Shown in pieces: positions 9,895-19,772 of a DNA stretch of 64,000 nucleotides. Each line of letters starts with the position of its first letter. Position 1 is the stretch's first letter. Below the pieces are notes generated by a model. That model was not told where the DNA came from and ran no database searches. It saw only the letters and a list, made by a program, of their open reading frames with translations. The position numbers and the translations under genes are program-made. The DNA comes from Phycisphaerae bacterium (GTDB lineage Bacteria; Planctomycetota; Phycisphaerae; UBA1845; Fen-1342): positions 32,001 through 96,000 of the forward strand of contig CAXXTC010000007.1 in NCBI GenBank assembly GCA_963666925.2, read 5' to 3'.

Positions 9895-11855
9895 AACCGC
9901 TCCTGCACTCGCCGAATGGCCGCGGGCAGCATCCGCTCGAGATACTCGCAACCTTCGAGACAGGCCGACACATAATCCCGATCGCGCCGCAGCCGCCGCC
10001 GCGCCGTAGCCGCGGTCTCACACTCCTCGTCGCGCAAACCCCGGTCCGCCTGAAGCCGCCGCAGCTCCGCCAGTTGCGAAATCTGCGTCACCAGCATGAA
10101 CGTGCGATCGTTCCGCCGCATCCGCGCCCGCAGATCATCCACCCGCGCCACCAGCCGATTGAATTCCTGCGGCCGCTCCACCAGGCCGACCAGTTTCTCC
10201 AACAGCGGCACCGTCTCTTCCGCAATGTTCCTGATCTCACGCACTTCCCCGAGCCGTTCCTCGAGCGCGCCGACGACCGTGTCCTTGTCCGCGATTGCCT
10301 CCGGACCTGCCTCGACCGCGAACAGATCCGCCGGCAGTGGCCGTGTGCAATAACGCTCCGCCGCCTCACGCAGCGTCATCACCTCCGTCCCCTCCAGGTG
10401 CCGGCCACCCTCGCTGGCTTGAATAATCCGCGCCGGCGACCGGGCAAACTCAGCCTCAAACTGCTCCGCATAGTTATAGAGCTGGTCATCCGTGTAAACC
10501 TGCCGGCCATGGACATCCGTCACCACGCGCAGTCCGCCCCGCGCCCGCACGATCCGCTCCCACTGCTTCATCTCCACCGTCTGAAAACGGCCGAACTCCG
10601 GTCGCCAGATATTCTCGATCTGCATCCCCGCCGGGTAATACAGCCCGTCCGTAAACGACAGATCCTGACCGACAAAGATAATCGGATCACAGCCCAGGTA
10701 CACGCTCAGGTAGTACGCCAGGTGGGCCACGGTGCTGCCCGACGTCAGCTCGCCTCGCTGCGGGGCGTGTTCGCGCAGCAGCTCCTCGACGAACTTCGTA
10801 TGCAGCACGTGCCGTCGCCCGCGGTAAGCCTCCAGCACCTGCCACGCGACCTTCGCCTCGGCCACCAGAATCAGGTCCCGAAAGTCTTTAATCCCGTGGA
10901 AAAACTGGGCCGAAATCTCGTGAAAATCGAGCGTCGTCACGAAGTGCGGGCGCAAATCTCGCGCCAGCAGCGTCTTCAACACCGTCTGGACAGCCACGAT
11001 GACGGCCTTGTCGCGCAGCCCCGGCAATTGGTCGACGTTCCGTGCCAGCGACGGCCCCGCCGCCACCACAATTGCCGGATAGCCCGCCGCCCGACGCTCC
11101 AGCAGCTCGATCCCCGGGTGCCCCGCATAGTCGGCCAGGTTATACGCCGCGTTTTCGCACGTCCGCCGCGCGTTGCGTATCACCGAGTAAACCTGGAGCC
11201 GCGTGTACGAAACAAAATCGCGCATCAACGTACGCACCCGGGTGTGAAATTCGCGATGATAGCGCGTCGCGTACGGCGGAGTGATCAGCCGCAATGCCAG
11301 TACCAGCGCCGTCATCAGCGGCCGCAACCGCTCGTGCAGTTCGGCCTTGTCCGCCGTCGTGAGGATCAGCAACCGGCGCTCCCGCAGCGGCGTCGAGATG
11401 TCCGTCACGCACAAACCCGCCTTGAGCAGTGCCAGATCATCCTCTGCCACAATCAACAATGGCCTCGGAAAACGCCGCTCCAACTCGGCTACGTGATACC
11501 CCAGCCCGAACCCGGACACCAGAAAGCACGCGTGCTCCAACTCTTCGTCTGGAACCTGCTCATCGTCCTGAGGCTCGTCGATCAGCTTCTCACGCCGACC
11601 CTGACGCTCCACCAGTGTGCGGGCCTCGTCCCCCGGGTGATACCGGCTGTGTGCATACACCGGCTTGTTGTCGTCCGCGATCAACCGCACGGTCGGCGCC
11701 CCGTCCCGGGCAGTTTCGAGAGGGTGCGTTTGTGAAAAGGGCAGTGCGTCCACCCGGGCGGCCAGCGGCGGGTCCAACGCATACAGCGCCGCCAGGTTCT
11801 CCACGTAACAGGCGGCGGTTCTGCGGGCCTCCGTGCACGGGCCGTCAGCATCCAT
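9891..11855 (-). CDS. Maf/DUF115 (MptE-like) motility-associated-factor glycosyltransferase family protein
   Basis: HSRYHP, GFGLGYH, AIVVAAGPSL, PHFVTTLD, GSTVAHLA, LGCDPIIFVGQDLSF motifs. Start at ATG 11855 is chosen; the ORF track extends to 12329. Confidence 0.85.
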   Translation of the reverse strand: MDADGPCTEARRTAACYVENLAALYALDPPLAARVDALPFSQTHPLETARDGAPTVRLIADDNKPVYAHSRYHPGDEARTLVERQGRREKLIDEPQDDEQVPDEELEHACFLVSGFGLGYHVAELERRFPRPLLIVAEDDLALLKAGLCVTDISTPLRERRLLILTTADKAELHERLRPLMTALVLALRLITPPYATRYHREFHTRVRTLMRDFVSYTRLQVYSVIRNARRTCENAAYNLADYAGHPGIELLERRAAGYPAIVVAAGPSLARNVDQLPGLRDKAVIVAVQTVLKTLLARDLRPHFVTTLDFHEISAQFFHGIKDFRDLILVAEAKVAWQVLEAYRGRRHVLHTKFVEELLREHAPQRGELTSGSTVAHLAYYLSVYLGCDPIIFVGQDLSFTDGLYYPAGMQIENIWRPEFGRFQTVEMKQWERIVRARGGLRVVTDVHGRQVYTDDQLYNYAEQFEAEFARSPARIIQASEGGRHLEGTEVMTLREAAERYCTRPLPADLFAVEAGPEAIADKDTVVGALEERLGEVREIRNIAEETVPLLEKLVGLVERPQEFNRLVARVDDLRARMRRNDRTFMLVTQISQLAELRRLQADRGLRDEECETAATARRRLRRDRDYVSACLEGCEYLERMLPAAIRRVQERL

Positions 11856-12191
11856 AACACCACTAGTGCCCGCGCGCAACAGTTTTGTCAACAGACTCTT
11901 GCGATCCCGCCCCCGGCTCGCCGCCGAAATCGCCTCTCGCGGGTCCCCGCCAGTCTTCCCGAGGACTTTTCGTCCCACCCTCAAGATTTCGGCTCGCACC
12001 AGCCGATATTGGATTTCGCAGGGGAGCGCGCGCATCGGCCCTCGCAACGGCCGTCGTGCCCGCCAAGGAGATGCCGTCCGCTTGCTCTTGCAGATGTAAC
12101 CACGCAGCGATCGCGCCGCCCCCAATGACGTCGCGAAACGCTCAAAGATCAAGCCGTCCGGCAACCAGACTGGCGGCCCGAGGAGCCTCGA

Positions 12192-12494
12192 ATGACAACC
12201 GTGTCCACCATCGGCGAACGTACCAGCGAAGCAGAAGCCGTCGGCTGCCAGCGACCCCGCGCCGGCGTCCGCGTCCCGCTCGACACCATCAATTCCCCCG
12301 GCACCTACCTGTGTAACTGGAGCGGACATCTGCTACGCGTACCCCCCGCAACTATCGACGCCGATGGCTGCAACCGCCTGAACATCGTCGGCAGCGAGCC
12401 GCTAACCGTCACCAAGCTCAGTGACGACCACGACCTGCCACTCTCCAAGGCCCGCGGCCTGGCCTGGTGTTTCGGCCTGCCCATCGCCTTCTAG
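12192..12494 (+). CDS. Small hypothetical protein
   Basis: GAGGAG RBS, ATG, 100 aa of normal composition (PGTYLCNWSGHLLRVP). Confidence 0.65.
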   Translation: MTTVSTIGERTSEAEAVGCQRPRAGVRVPLDTINSPGTYLCNWSGHLLRVPPATIDADGCNRLNIVGSEPLTVTKLSDDHDLPLSKARGLAWCFGLPIAF

Positions 12495-12539
12495 AGCATT
12501 TAAAAAAACGCCCCCCGTGCCATCTATGAGCGAGCCAAA

Positions 12540-12790
12540 GTCAAGCGGGTTTTCGACGGGGTCTTTCCAACCATCTATTCGGCGTCGTCGCAGGGACACG
12601 CCACTCAACGATTTCGGGGGCGGCCTCAGTCACTGCTACGATGGTAACGCGCCGGTTCCAATTGGCCCCCGCCGGTTGACGCCTCATGGCACATCCGCGA
12701 GGTCCGCCCGATTCGACCCGCTCGAAGTTTCGTCCCGCCCATAGCGGTACACTCACCTCCTGGTGCTCTCCGGAGGGGAAAGAACGGACT
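12540..12790 (-). ncRNA. Candidate bridge/seek RNA of the IS1111 element
   Basis: Stem GGGCGGCCTC (12618-27)/GAGGTCCGCCC (12699-709) encloses CACTGCT (12631-37) and TGGCAC (12687-92), which match the two target halves. CCATCTAT (12571-78) matches the element end. Exact RNA ends are unknown. Confidence 0.7.
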
Positions 12791-12791
12791 C

Positions 12792-13835
12792 CTATGCTAC
12801 GCTCGGCGTCGGTTCCGTGACCACCTCCGCTTCACGCCACACTTCTCCGCTGCGCAGCATTGCCGCCGACACGCACGCTAGGTGCCGGGCTAACGCCACC
12901 AGCGCAATCTTGTTCCGCTCCGGATCACCACGCTGCACATGTTCGTAAACCGCCCGCAGCAGCGGACTGCGTCCCTTGCCCTGCCAAGCTGCCTCGCACA
13001 GCAATTGCCGCACGACACTGGGACCTTCCCGGGTGATATGCCCAAGCCGATTCGTCTGCCCACTCTGGTCCTGGCACGGCACCAGCCCGAAGTAGCAGCC
13101 CACCTGCCGATTGCTCCGAAAACGCCGGACATCGTCGATCCACGCCACCAGCGCCTCGGCCGTACGCTTCCCAACGCCCGGGATGGTCTGTAACAAACGC
13201 ACCCTGGGATGCTCACGGGCCATGCTCTCCAACCACCGCTCCACCGTACGCAGCCGCGCGTCCAGATGCTCCAACTCGTCCAGGCCCAGATCCCGTTCGA
13301 GCGCCGTCGTACGCGTTGGAAACTCCACCTCCGCCAGCCAGACGCGGCCGGCCCGGCTCCACAAACTGGCGCGGCGTGGTGCCGCCACGCCGTGCGCCCG
13401 CAACAGGGCCCGCAGCCGGTTCTTCACCGCCGTCCGCTGGGCCACCAGCCGCCTCCGGAACTGAATCAGCCGCCGCCAACTGCGGACGTCCACGGGCGGC
13501 ACATGCACCGGCGGCACCTGGTCCAGGAATAGCAAGGTAGCCAGCTTCCGGGCGTCGACCCGATCGTGCTTACGTTTGGCCCGGAAGATCAGTCGCACTG
13601 CCCCCGGATGAGCCACGACGATCCGCTGCGCCACCTGCTGCAGTTGTTCGTAGACGTAACCGTAGCCGCACGACGCCTCGTAGCAGATCTGGAAGGGCGG
13701 CGACACACTACGCAGTTGTTTCACCAGTTCCTTGGCTCCGCCCCGAATCTGCTGTTGCTTGACGAGTTTCCCGGCTGAATCCAAAATGCAGATGGTCGAC
13801 TGACGCTGATGTAGATCTAGTCCAATCGTGTACAT
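12792..13835 (-). CDS. IS110-family DEDD transposase/recombinase
   Basis: IGLDLH, YEASCG, KHDRVDA (D-E-D-D), LLQTIPGVG, GLVPCQDQSG (catalytic Ser), ALVALARHL; AAGGAGG RBS before ATG 13835. Confidence 0.96.
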   Translation of the reverse strand: MYTIGLDLHQRQSTICILDSAGKLVKQQQIRGGAKELVKQLRSVSPPFQICYEASCGYGYVYEQLQQVAQRIVVAHPGAVRLIFRAKRKHDRVDARKLATLLFLDQVPPVHVPPVDVRSWRRLIQFRRRLVAQRTAVKNRLRALLRAHGVAAPRRASLWSRAGRVWLAEVEFPTRTTALERDLGLDELEHLDARLRTVERWLESMAREHPRVRLLQTIPGVGKRTAEALVAWIDDVRRFRSNRQVGCYFGLVPCQDQSGQTNRLGHITREGPSVVRQLLCEAAWQGKGRSPLLRAVYEHVQRGDPERNKIALVALARHLACVSAAMLRSGEVWREAEVVTEPTPSVA

Positions 13836-13924
13836 GCGGGCCTCCTTTCTTTGAAGTTCCAACGGGGTCATACCCCGAAGGAGGCTCGCTTCATAGTTTC
13901 ACTGCTCTTGAGCAACGCCTCGAC

Positions 13925-13947
13925 GTGCCACTGTTCCGAAAGCAGTG
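13925..13947. repeat. REP-like palindrome family B (GTGC-CACTGCTC-TT-GAGCAGTG)
   Basis: GTGCCACTGTTCCGAAAGCAGTG; related copies at 19842-19859, 19896-19908, 24464-24483, 43082-43099 and the IS-split copy. Confidence 0.7.
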
Positions 13948-13959
13948 TCCAGGAATCTT

Positions 13960-14028
13960 GTGGTACCGGTTTTTAACCGGTGGGTCATGCCGGCAACGAA
14001 CCCCAATGCCCCGGCTATAAAATAGGCT
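13960..14028. repeat. REP-like family A (GTGG-CACCGGTT-TTC-AACCGGTG) with ~45-bp conserved tail
   Basis: Aligns by eye with the reverse complement of ~27272-27340 and ~21245-21313; a short copy lies at 61658-61680. Confidence 0.75.
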
Positions 14029-14169
14029 CAGCTTTCATCTGGAATGGTGTACAAAGTACATACAGCCTGCCCTGCGAGCAGTGCATTCTCAAATGACAGC
14101 CGGTCGTCCTACCCCGCTGCGCAGCACCGGCACGCAAACTGATGACCTGCACGCCCCCCATCCTAGAGT

Positions 14170-14190
14170 GTGGCACGGGTTAACAGCCCG
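14170..14190. repeat. REP-like family C (GTGG-CACGGGCT-AAT-AGCCCGTG)
   Basis: GTGGCACGGGTTAACAGCCCG; related copies at 24589-24613 and 59749-59773. Confidence 0.65.
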
Positions 14191-14194
14191 GATG

Positions 14195-16456
14195 TCAGGG
14201 CCCCGTCATCAGGCCGACCAGAATACCAACGTCAGACAGATCCACGAAGCCGTGACAATCCAGGTCGGCGATCGCTGCGCAATCGGGCTGCGGAGCCTCC
14301 GAACCGCCGAAACACACTTGCATGTGAATGAAGTCCGGCAAGTCGACATCGCCATCGATGTCAATGTCCGCCCAGACGCGAGATAGCTCGAAGGCGCCCA
14401 TATCAACCTGACAGCCCTGGATTCTTGGATTACCGTCGAGATCCGTCGCCACACCTTCTGGAATGGCCGTGTCATCGCCCGCGTTGATCACTGGCGAAGT
14501 TGGCCAAAGTCGAAGATCGTCATCCGACGTGCCAATCACGTCGTCCGCGCCGTCATCGTCGACGAATTCCGGGGCGGCGCCGGTGTTGCCGGTTCCGCCC
14601 AAGCCGCCGGTCCAGCCCTGGACGCACGAATAGTCAAGCATTGTCCAACTGCCGTTCTGGTTGAAGATCTGGGCATCCTCCCCGGTCCCCTGTTGTGCCT
14701 GGTTCTGCCAGAAAACGCAGTTAACCGCGGCTGGCCAACAGTTATCTTCGCTGAACAGGCCGCCACCTGAATTGACCGCCGTGTTTCGGCTAAGCGTGCA
14801 GTTGACCAGATAGGGACTGCTTTGATAATCGTAGAAAGCACCCCCGTCGGCACTTGTGTTGCCGCTGAACACCGAGTTGGTAATCATTGGCGAGACCGTG
14901 TACAGATAAATCCCGCCACCGCCGATCCCCGAACTGTTGCCGAAGAAGACGCAGCTATGCAACGTCAGGTAGCTCTGGTTCGTCGCCACGATACCTCCTC
15001 CCCAATCGGTGGCAACGTTTGCGCTGAACGAACAACTCGTGATGGTGGATCCACACTCGTCGAAAGTTCTGATGCCGCCGCCATTCACGGCCGTGTTGTC
15101 CACGAATGAACACCCCTCGATCGCGGGCGAACAACCGCCAACGAGCATTCCACCTCCGGTGACGGCCGCATTGTTGACGAAAGCGCAGTCGCGAATCACG
15201 GTCGGCCCCGTTAACCAGGAGAGCACCGCACCGCCGGCACCAGTGGGACAGGTGTTCGATTGAAAGGTGCACCGCTCCAGGCGGGACGTAGTGTCCGTAT
15301 GCAGGTAGACGCCGCCGACATACGTGGTTGCCGTGTTGCCTTCGATATGACAATCTTCGAGTTGTAAGGCTGATCCCGCGGAACTGTAGCCGGCCCCGCC
15401 TTGCGCCGCTCGATTCTCCACCAGCCGACAGTGACTCACCATTGGGCTGCCGCCCTGGGCAAGGATGCCGCCGCCTGAGTTGTCGGGCAGATCTTCTGCA
15501 TCCGCATTCCCCCCGCGAATGGTGAATCCATCAACCCGGGTCTGGCTGTTCACGCTGCCGCCGTCGATTACATGGTAGGAATTGTCGGCGTAGTTCGCGA
15601 AGTCCGGACCGTCGTCCCCTTCAAGATCCCCGTCCAGCACGGTCTCATTGGCCACGAAGTCGCGATCGTTGAGGTCGAAGGAAGCGGGATCTTCATCGCC
15701 GGCCAGGCCGCCGTAGGCCTGTACCCCGGAGCGAAGTTGGAAAACCGCGCTGCGCGAGTCGGTCGATTCAGTCCGCGCCGTCGGCCGGTACACGCCGGAG
15801 GCCACCCATACCTGGTCGCCCACCGCCGCGCCATCGAGCGCATCCTGAAGATGCTCAAACGCCGTCTCCCAGGTCTGACCATCACCGCCAGAAGCAGCAT
15901 CGTCGTCAACAAACCAGATGTTCGAAACCGGGGGGTTCTCGTATTCGACCACCATGCCGTTGAAGAAGTTCGGCATGCAGTTCTCATCATTCCAACACCC
16001 CGGAACTGCTATCGCGTGATTCAGTTCGACCCCAAGACCAAACATGCCCAGGTGTATCTCTGGCGGGCAAGCGTCATTGGGTTCACCGGGGGACCAATTC
16101 GTGTAATCCCAGGCCTCACCCGTAACCCATTCCCACCCCTCATCCGGCGGCACGTCGGGATCGGGTTGATAGCCACCCAGAAAAGCTTCAATACAGGTCG
16201 GATACTGGAAGAGGAGGTCGGCTACAAACTCGTTTTCCGCCGCGCTGGTGATAGTCGCCAGATAACCTCCGCAGCATATGCTGCTGCCGGCTTCGTCCCA
16301 CGTTCGCGATCCGCCCTCAAACATCACCACCTCGTAGTAGTGCCCGTTCCCGCCGCTGCTGATCGGCCACTCTACAAGCTGTGCATGAACAGCCGCCGAA
16401 AACAGGCTACATAAGCTCAGGCTGATGAGTGAATTCGTGACCCAGGATCGTCCCAT
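14195..16456 (-). CDS. Secreted protein: C-type lectin domain, right-handed beta-helix (GGA/GGG repeats), choice-of-anchor-Q-like segment, dockerin-like tail
   Basis: Signal peptide; GYLATITSAAENEFV, WEWVTGEAWDYTNWSPGEPN; repeated F..N.A..GGG; TDLDGNPRI...VDMGAFE; DIDIDGDVDLPDF. GGAGG RBS. Confidence 0.88.
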   Translation of the reverse strand: MGRSWVTNSLISLSLCSLFSAAVHAQLVEWPISSGGNGHYYEVVMFEGGSRTWDEAGSSICCGGYLATITSAAENEFVADLLFQYPTCIEAFLGGYQPDPDVPPDEGWEWVTGEAWDYTNWSPGEPNDACPPEIHLGMFGLGVELNHAIAVPGCWNDENCMPNFFNGMVVEYENPPVSNIWFVDDDAASGGDGQTWETAFEHLQDALDGAAVGDQVWVASGVYRPTARTESTDSRSAVFQLRSGVQAYGGLAGDEDPASFDLNDRDFVANETVLDGDLEGDDGPDFANYADNSYHVIDGGSVNSQTRVDGFTIRGGNADAEDLPDNSGGGILAQGGSPMVSHCRLVENRAAQGGAGYSSAGSALQLEDCHIEGNTATTYVGGVYLHTDTTSRLERCTFQSNTCPTGAGGAVLSWLTGPTVIRDCAFVNNAAVTGGGMLVGGCSPAIEGCSFVDNTAVNGGGIRTFDECGSTITSCSFSANVATDWGGGIVATNQSYLTLHSCVFFGNSSGIGGGGIYLYTVSPMITNSVFSGNTSADGGAFYDYQSSPYLVNCTLSRNTAVNSGGGLFSEDNCWPAAVNCVFWQNQAQQGTGEDAQIFNQNGSWTMLDYSCVQGWTGGLGGTGNTGAAPEFVDDDGADDVIGTSDDDLRLWPTSPVINAGDDTAIPEGVATDLDGNPRIQGCQVDMGAFELSRVWADIDIDGDVDLPDFIHMQVCFGGSEAPQPDCAAIADLDCHGFVDLSDVGILVGLMTGP

Positions 16457-16898
16457 GGCTTCCCTCCTCCGAACCGATATTTCCCAAATACCTGTCCCCT
16501 AAGAAAATATCATATTCGGACGCTTTGCCCGATTCAATCCAAAAGCTACCGCTCTCGTCCTGAACCACGCCACTTTGGCCGGCGCCGACGCACCACTCCG
16601 GCGGCCCCCCAGAACCTAACGCATCGCAAAATCGACGCGCAAGCTAATCAAGGACAATACCAATGTCTGTGCCGTGCCGCGCGGCGCATCCCCCTCGATC
16701 CGCGCCCCTTCGATCCTCGATCCTATTCACCCCGTTTTCGGACCCACCCCGCGCAGACCTGACAAAAATCACCAGAATCCGCCAGATATCGCCAGCCAGC
16801 GACAAAATCCGACACCACGCCGGCACCGCTGCTAAGCCGTGCTATCCTGTACCATGCACAACGTGTGCAGGACGTGACCAAGTAACTCGGAAAGCACG

Positions 16899-19184
16899 AT
16901 GTCTCAGCAACGAAATCACGTGATTCACGCCGCCCTGATCTTCCTGATCGGGCTCGCAACCGCTACTCAGGCCGAAGACTGGCCCCAGTTCCGCGGCCCG
17001 CGTCGCGACAACGTCTCAACTGCCCGCAACCTCCTCCGCGACTGGCCCGACGATGGGCCGCGCGTCCTCTGGCAAACCGACGTCTGCCAGGGCTATGCCG
17101 CACCCGCCATCCATTCCGGCAAGGTTTATATCAACGACTACACCCCCGAAACCCGCTGCTGGCACGTCCGCTGCCTAGCACTCAACGACGGCCACGAACT
17201 CTGGCGCTACAGCGACGAGAAGCCGGGCCGGGGCATTCGCGCCAACCACGGCATCACGCGCACCGTCCCCGCCGTCGACGGCAAACTTGTCTTCGCCCTC
17301 GACCCCAAATGCATACTCCACTGCCTCGACGCCAGTACGGGTAAACTGCTCTGGCAAAAGCACTTCCCCCGCGATTATGGCGCCACCATCCCGCCCTGGT
17401 ACAACGGCCAATGCCCGTTGATCGAGGACGATCGCATAATCGTCGGCGTCGGCGGCACCAACACACTCATGGTCGCCCTCGACAAGCAAACCGGCAACGA
17501 AATCTGGCGCACCCCCAACGAACACGAGTGGCCCCTGTCACACGCCTCGGTCATGCCCGCCACCATCGCCGGCGTCAAGCAATACCTCTGGTGCACGCTT
17601 TTCGGACCCGTCGGCGTCAGTGCCGACGACGGCCGACTACTCTGGCATCACGATCGCCAATTCAACATTGCCGTCGCCCCCTCACCTCTGTACATTGGCG
17701 ACGACCGCGTGTTCATGACTTCCGGCTACGACGCCGGCAGCATCATGCTCCGCCTCAAGAAGCAATCCGACTACACTTTCACCACCGAAGTCATCTTCGA
17801 CTGGACGGCCGACACACCCAACATGTGGAACTCCGAAGTCCACACCCCGATTCTGTATGACAACCACATGTTCGCCGTCGGCAAGACCAAACGCGGCCTG
17901 TTCACCTGCCTCGATCTCGACGGACACGTCGTCTGGGACAGTCGAGGCGAGGCTTCTTTTGGCCTGGGCAGCTTTCTGCTGGCCGACAACATGTTTTTCA
18001 TCCTCGAAGGCAAGACCGGCATGCTGCGTCTGATCGAAGCCAGCACCGCCGGCTGGCACGAACTCGACCACGCCCAGGTACTGCACGGACACGACGTCTG
18101 GGCACCGCTGGCACTGTCCGACGGCAAGCTCCTGTTACGTGACATGACCACGCTGAAATGCGTGCAGGTTGGCGCCGACCCGTCGGCCACACCGTCCACA
18201 CAACCGACCACACCGTCCACGCAGCCGGCCGACAACAACTCGCCAGCCGCCGCCCGAAACGGCCCGTTAGCTGCTCTCGGCGGCATCATCCTGACCTGCG
18301 GCGACGGCGGCCAACTCGAGCAGCTCACCTATCGCAAGCTCGGCGAGATCAAAACGCTTCGCGGCTTTGGGCGCGGGCAGTTCTCCGACGAGATTCGCGG
18401 GATCGCCATCCGCGACGATCGGCTCTACGTCGCCGGCGATCGCCGGGTGAGCATCTTCAACCTCCACGGCGACCTGCAAAAAACCTGGCCCACCGAGCGG
18501 CCCGGCCACTGCATCGCGGTCGATTCAAACCAACACATCTACGTCGGCGAACCGGCGCAGATCGAGGTCTTTGACCAGGCCGGCACGCGCGTCGGTTACT
18601 GGCAACACAGTCAATTCCTCGGCCGGCCGACCGCGATCGGATTCGTCGGCGACGAAGTGCTCGTCGCCGACGTAGCCGGCCGGCAGGTACGCCGGTTTGA
18701 TCGGGCCGGCAAGTACCTCGGCGACCTGGTGCAACAGCGCGGCGGGCGCGGATTCATGGTGCCCAACCGCTGCCTCGATCTGGCTGTCGGCCCGGCCCAG
18801 ACCATCCACATCTGCAATCCCGGGCTGCATCGCATCCAGACATACAAACCCGACGGCACGCCGACGGGGCGCTTCGGCAAGTTTCACGGCACCGAGCCGG
18901 CTGGCTTTACCGGCTGCTGCAACCCGACCAACATTGCGATCATGCCCGCCGGCCAGATCGTGACCGTCGAGAAGGCGCCGCCACGCGTTAAGGTGTACAA
19001 TTCGGCCGGCGAGCTGTTGACCGTGGTGAACGGGCCGGACGATTTTGATCCCCAATGCAAAAACATGGACGTCGCGGTTGATTCGGCCGGCCGGATATAT
19101 GTGGTCGACACACAACGACTGGCGCTGGTGGTCTACATGTCGGCACTGCCGGACACGCAACCCGCGGCCCGGGAGCAACCCTGA
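16899..19184 (+). CDS. Exported PQQ-binding-like beta-propeller fused to an NHL-repeat propeller
   Basis: Signal peptide then EDWPQFRGPRRD; HCLDASTGKLLW, ALDKQTGNEIW; TPSTQP linker; C-terminal NHL-like repeats with FTGCCNP. Confidence 0.88.
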   Translation: MSQQRNHVIHAALIFLIGLATATQAEDWPQFRGPRRDNVSTARNLLRDWPDDGPRVLWQTDVCQGYAAPAIHSGKVYINDYTPETRCWHVRCLALNDGHELWRYSDEKPGRGIRANHGITRTVPAVDGKLVFALDPKCILHCLDASTGKLLWQKHFPRDYGATIPPWYNGQCPLIEDDRIIVGVGGTNTLMVALDKQTGNEIWRTPNEHEWPLSHASVMPATIAGVKQYLWCTLFGPVGVSADDGRLLWHHDRQFNIAVAPSPLYIGDDRVFMTSGYDAGSIMLRLKKQSDYTFTTEVIFDWTADTPNMWNSEVHTPILYDNHMFAVGKTKRGLFTCLDLDGHVVWDSRGEASFGLGSFLLADNMFFILEGKTGMLRLIEASTAGWHELDHAQVLHGHDVWAPLALSDGKLLLRDMTTLKCVQVGADPSATPSTQPTTPSTQPADNNSPAAARNGPLAALGGIILTCGDGGQLEQLTYRKLGEIKTLRGFGRGQFSDEIRGIAIRDDRLYVAGDRRVSIFNLHGDLQKTWPTERPGHCIAVDSNQHIYVGEPAQIEVFDQAGTRVGYWQHSQFLGRPTAIGFVGDEVLVADVAGRQVRRFDRAGKYLGDLVQQRGGRGFMVPNRCLDLAVGPAQTIHICNPGLHRIQTYKPDGTPTGRFGKFHGTEPAGFTGCCNPTNIAIMPAGQIVTVEKAPPRVKVYNSAGELLTVVNGPDDFDPQCKNMDVAVDSAGRIYVVDTQRLALVVYMSALPDTQPAAREQP

Positions 19185-19771
19185 TGGCTGATGAGCAGCA
19201 ACGACACACCCGGCGAGAGGTGCTCGGGCACGCGGCCCGCGGCGCGACGCTGCTCGGGCTGGGCGGATTGGCCAGCTACCTGGTGCTCAAGGCCGGCCCG
19301 GAAGGTGCCTGGAGTATCAACGCTCAGAAGTGCGTGAACATGCGTCCCGGCGCGGTCGGCGTCGAGGCCTGCGACCGTTGCGCGACGCAATGCGTGCTTG
19401 CGCGGTCGGCCATCCGGGCCGTCAACGATTACGACAAGTGCGGGCGCTGCTACATCTGCCCAGCCCACTTCGACGTCAGCAGCGCGATTGACAAGAACGG
19501 CCTGCCGAGCGCGAAGCTCTGCCCGCGCGACGCGATCGAGCGCAAACCGATCGGGTGGGTCGATCCGTACGATCCGGCCAACAACTTTTATGAGTACATC
19601 ATCGACGAGGAGAAGTGCAACGGCTGCGGCAAGTGCGTGATGGCGTGCAAGGAGCCGGCGGGGCTGAGCTCGTTGCGGCTCACCGTGCGGCACGATCTGT
19701 GTCTCGACTGCAATCGTTGCTCGATCGCGCAGGTTTGTCCGGACGATGCCTATCAGCGCGATCCGGCCTGA
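19184..19771 (+). CDS. Tat-exported multi-[4Fe-4S] ferredoxin (NapG/MauM-like)
   Basis: TRREVL twin-arginine followed by a hydrophobic stretch; CDRCATQC, CGRCYIC, CNGCGKCV..C, CLDCNRC...VCP. TGATG coupling. Confidence 0.85.
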   Translation: MADEQQRHTRREVLGHAARGATLLGLGGLASYLVLKAGPEGAWSINAQKCVNMRPGAVGVEACDRCATQCVLARSAIRAVNDYDKCGRCYICPAHFDVSSAIDKNGLPSAKLCPRDAIERKPIGWVDPYDPANNFYEYIIDEEKCNGCGKCVMACKEPAGLSSLRLTVRHDLCLDCNRCSIAQVCPDDAYQRDPA

Positions 19772-19772
19772 C

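Larger units (their letters stand above)
12521..13901 (-). mobile_element. IS110-family, IS1111-group insertion sequence (~1.38 kb) inserted in a REP-like palindrome
   Basis: Sub-terminal inverted repeats CTATGAGCGAGCC (12524-12536) and GGCTCGCTTCATAG (13883-13896). CA core at both ends (12521-22, 13900-01). Joining the flanks gives GTGCCACTGCTCTTGAGCA, the repeat seen intact elsewhere. Long non-coding end lies downstream of the transposase. Confidence 0.88.

Noticed and set aside
11856..12329. 157-aa N-terminal extension of the Maf ORF
   Set aside because: It overlaps the opposite-strand gene at 12192 and lacks family-like sequence; the ATG at 11855 is more plausible.
16690..16725. Short TCGATCC heptamer repeats as a regulatory array
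   Set aside because: Only three imperfect copies; not distinguishable from low-complexity sequence.
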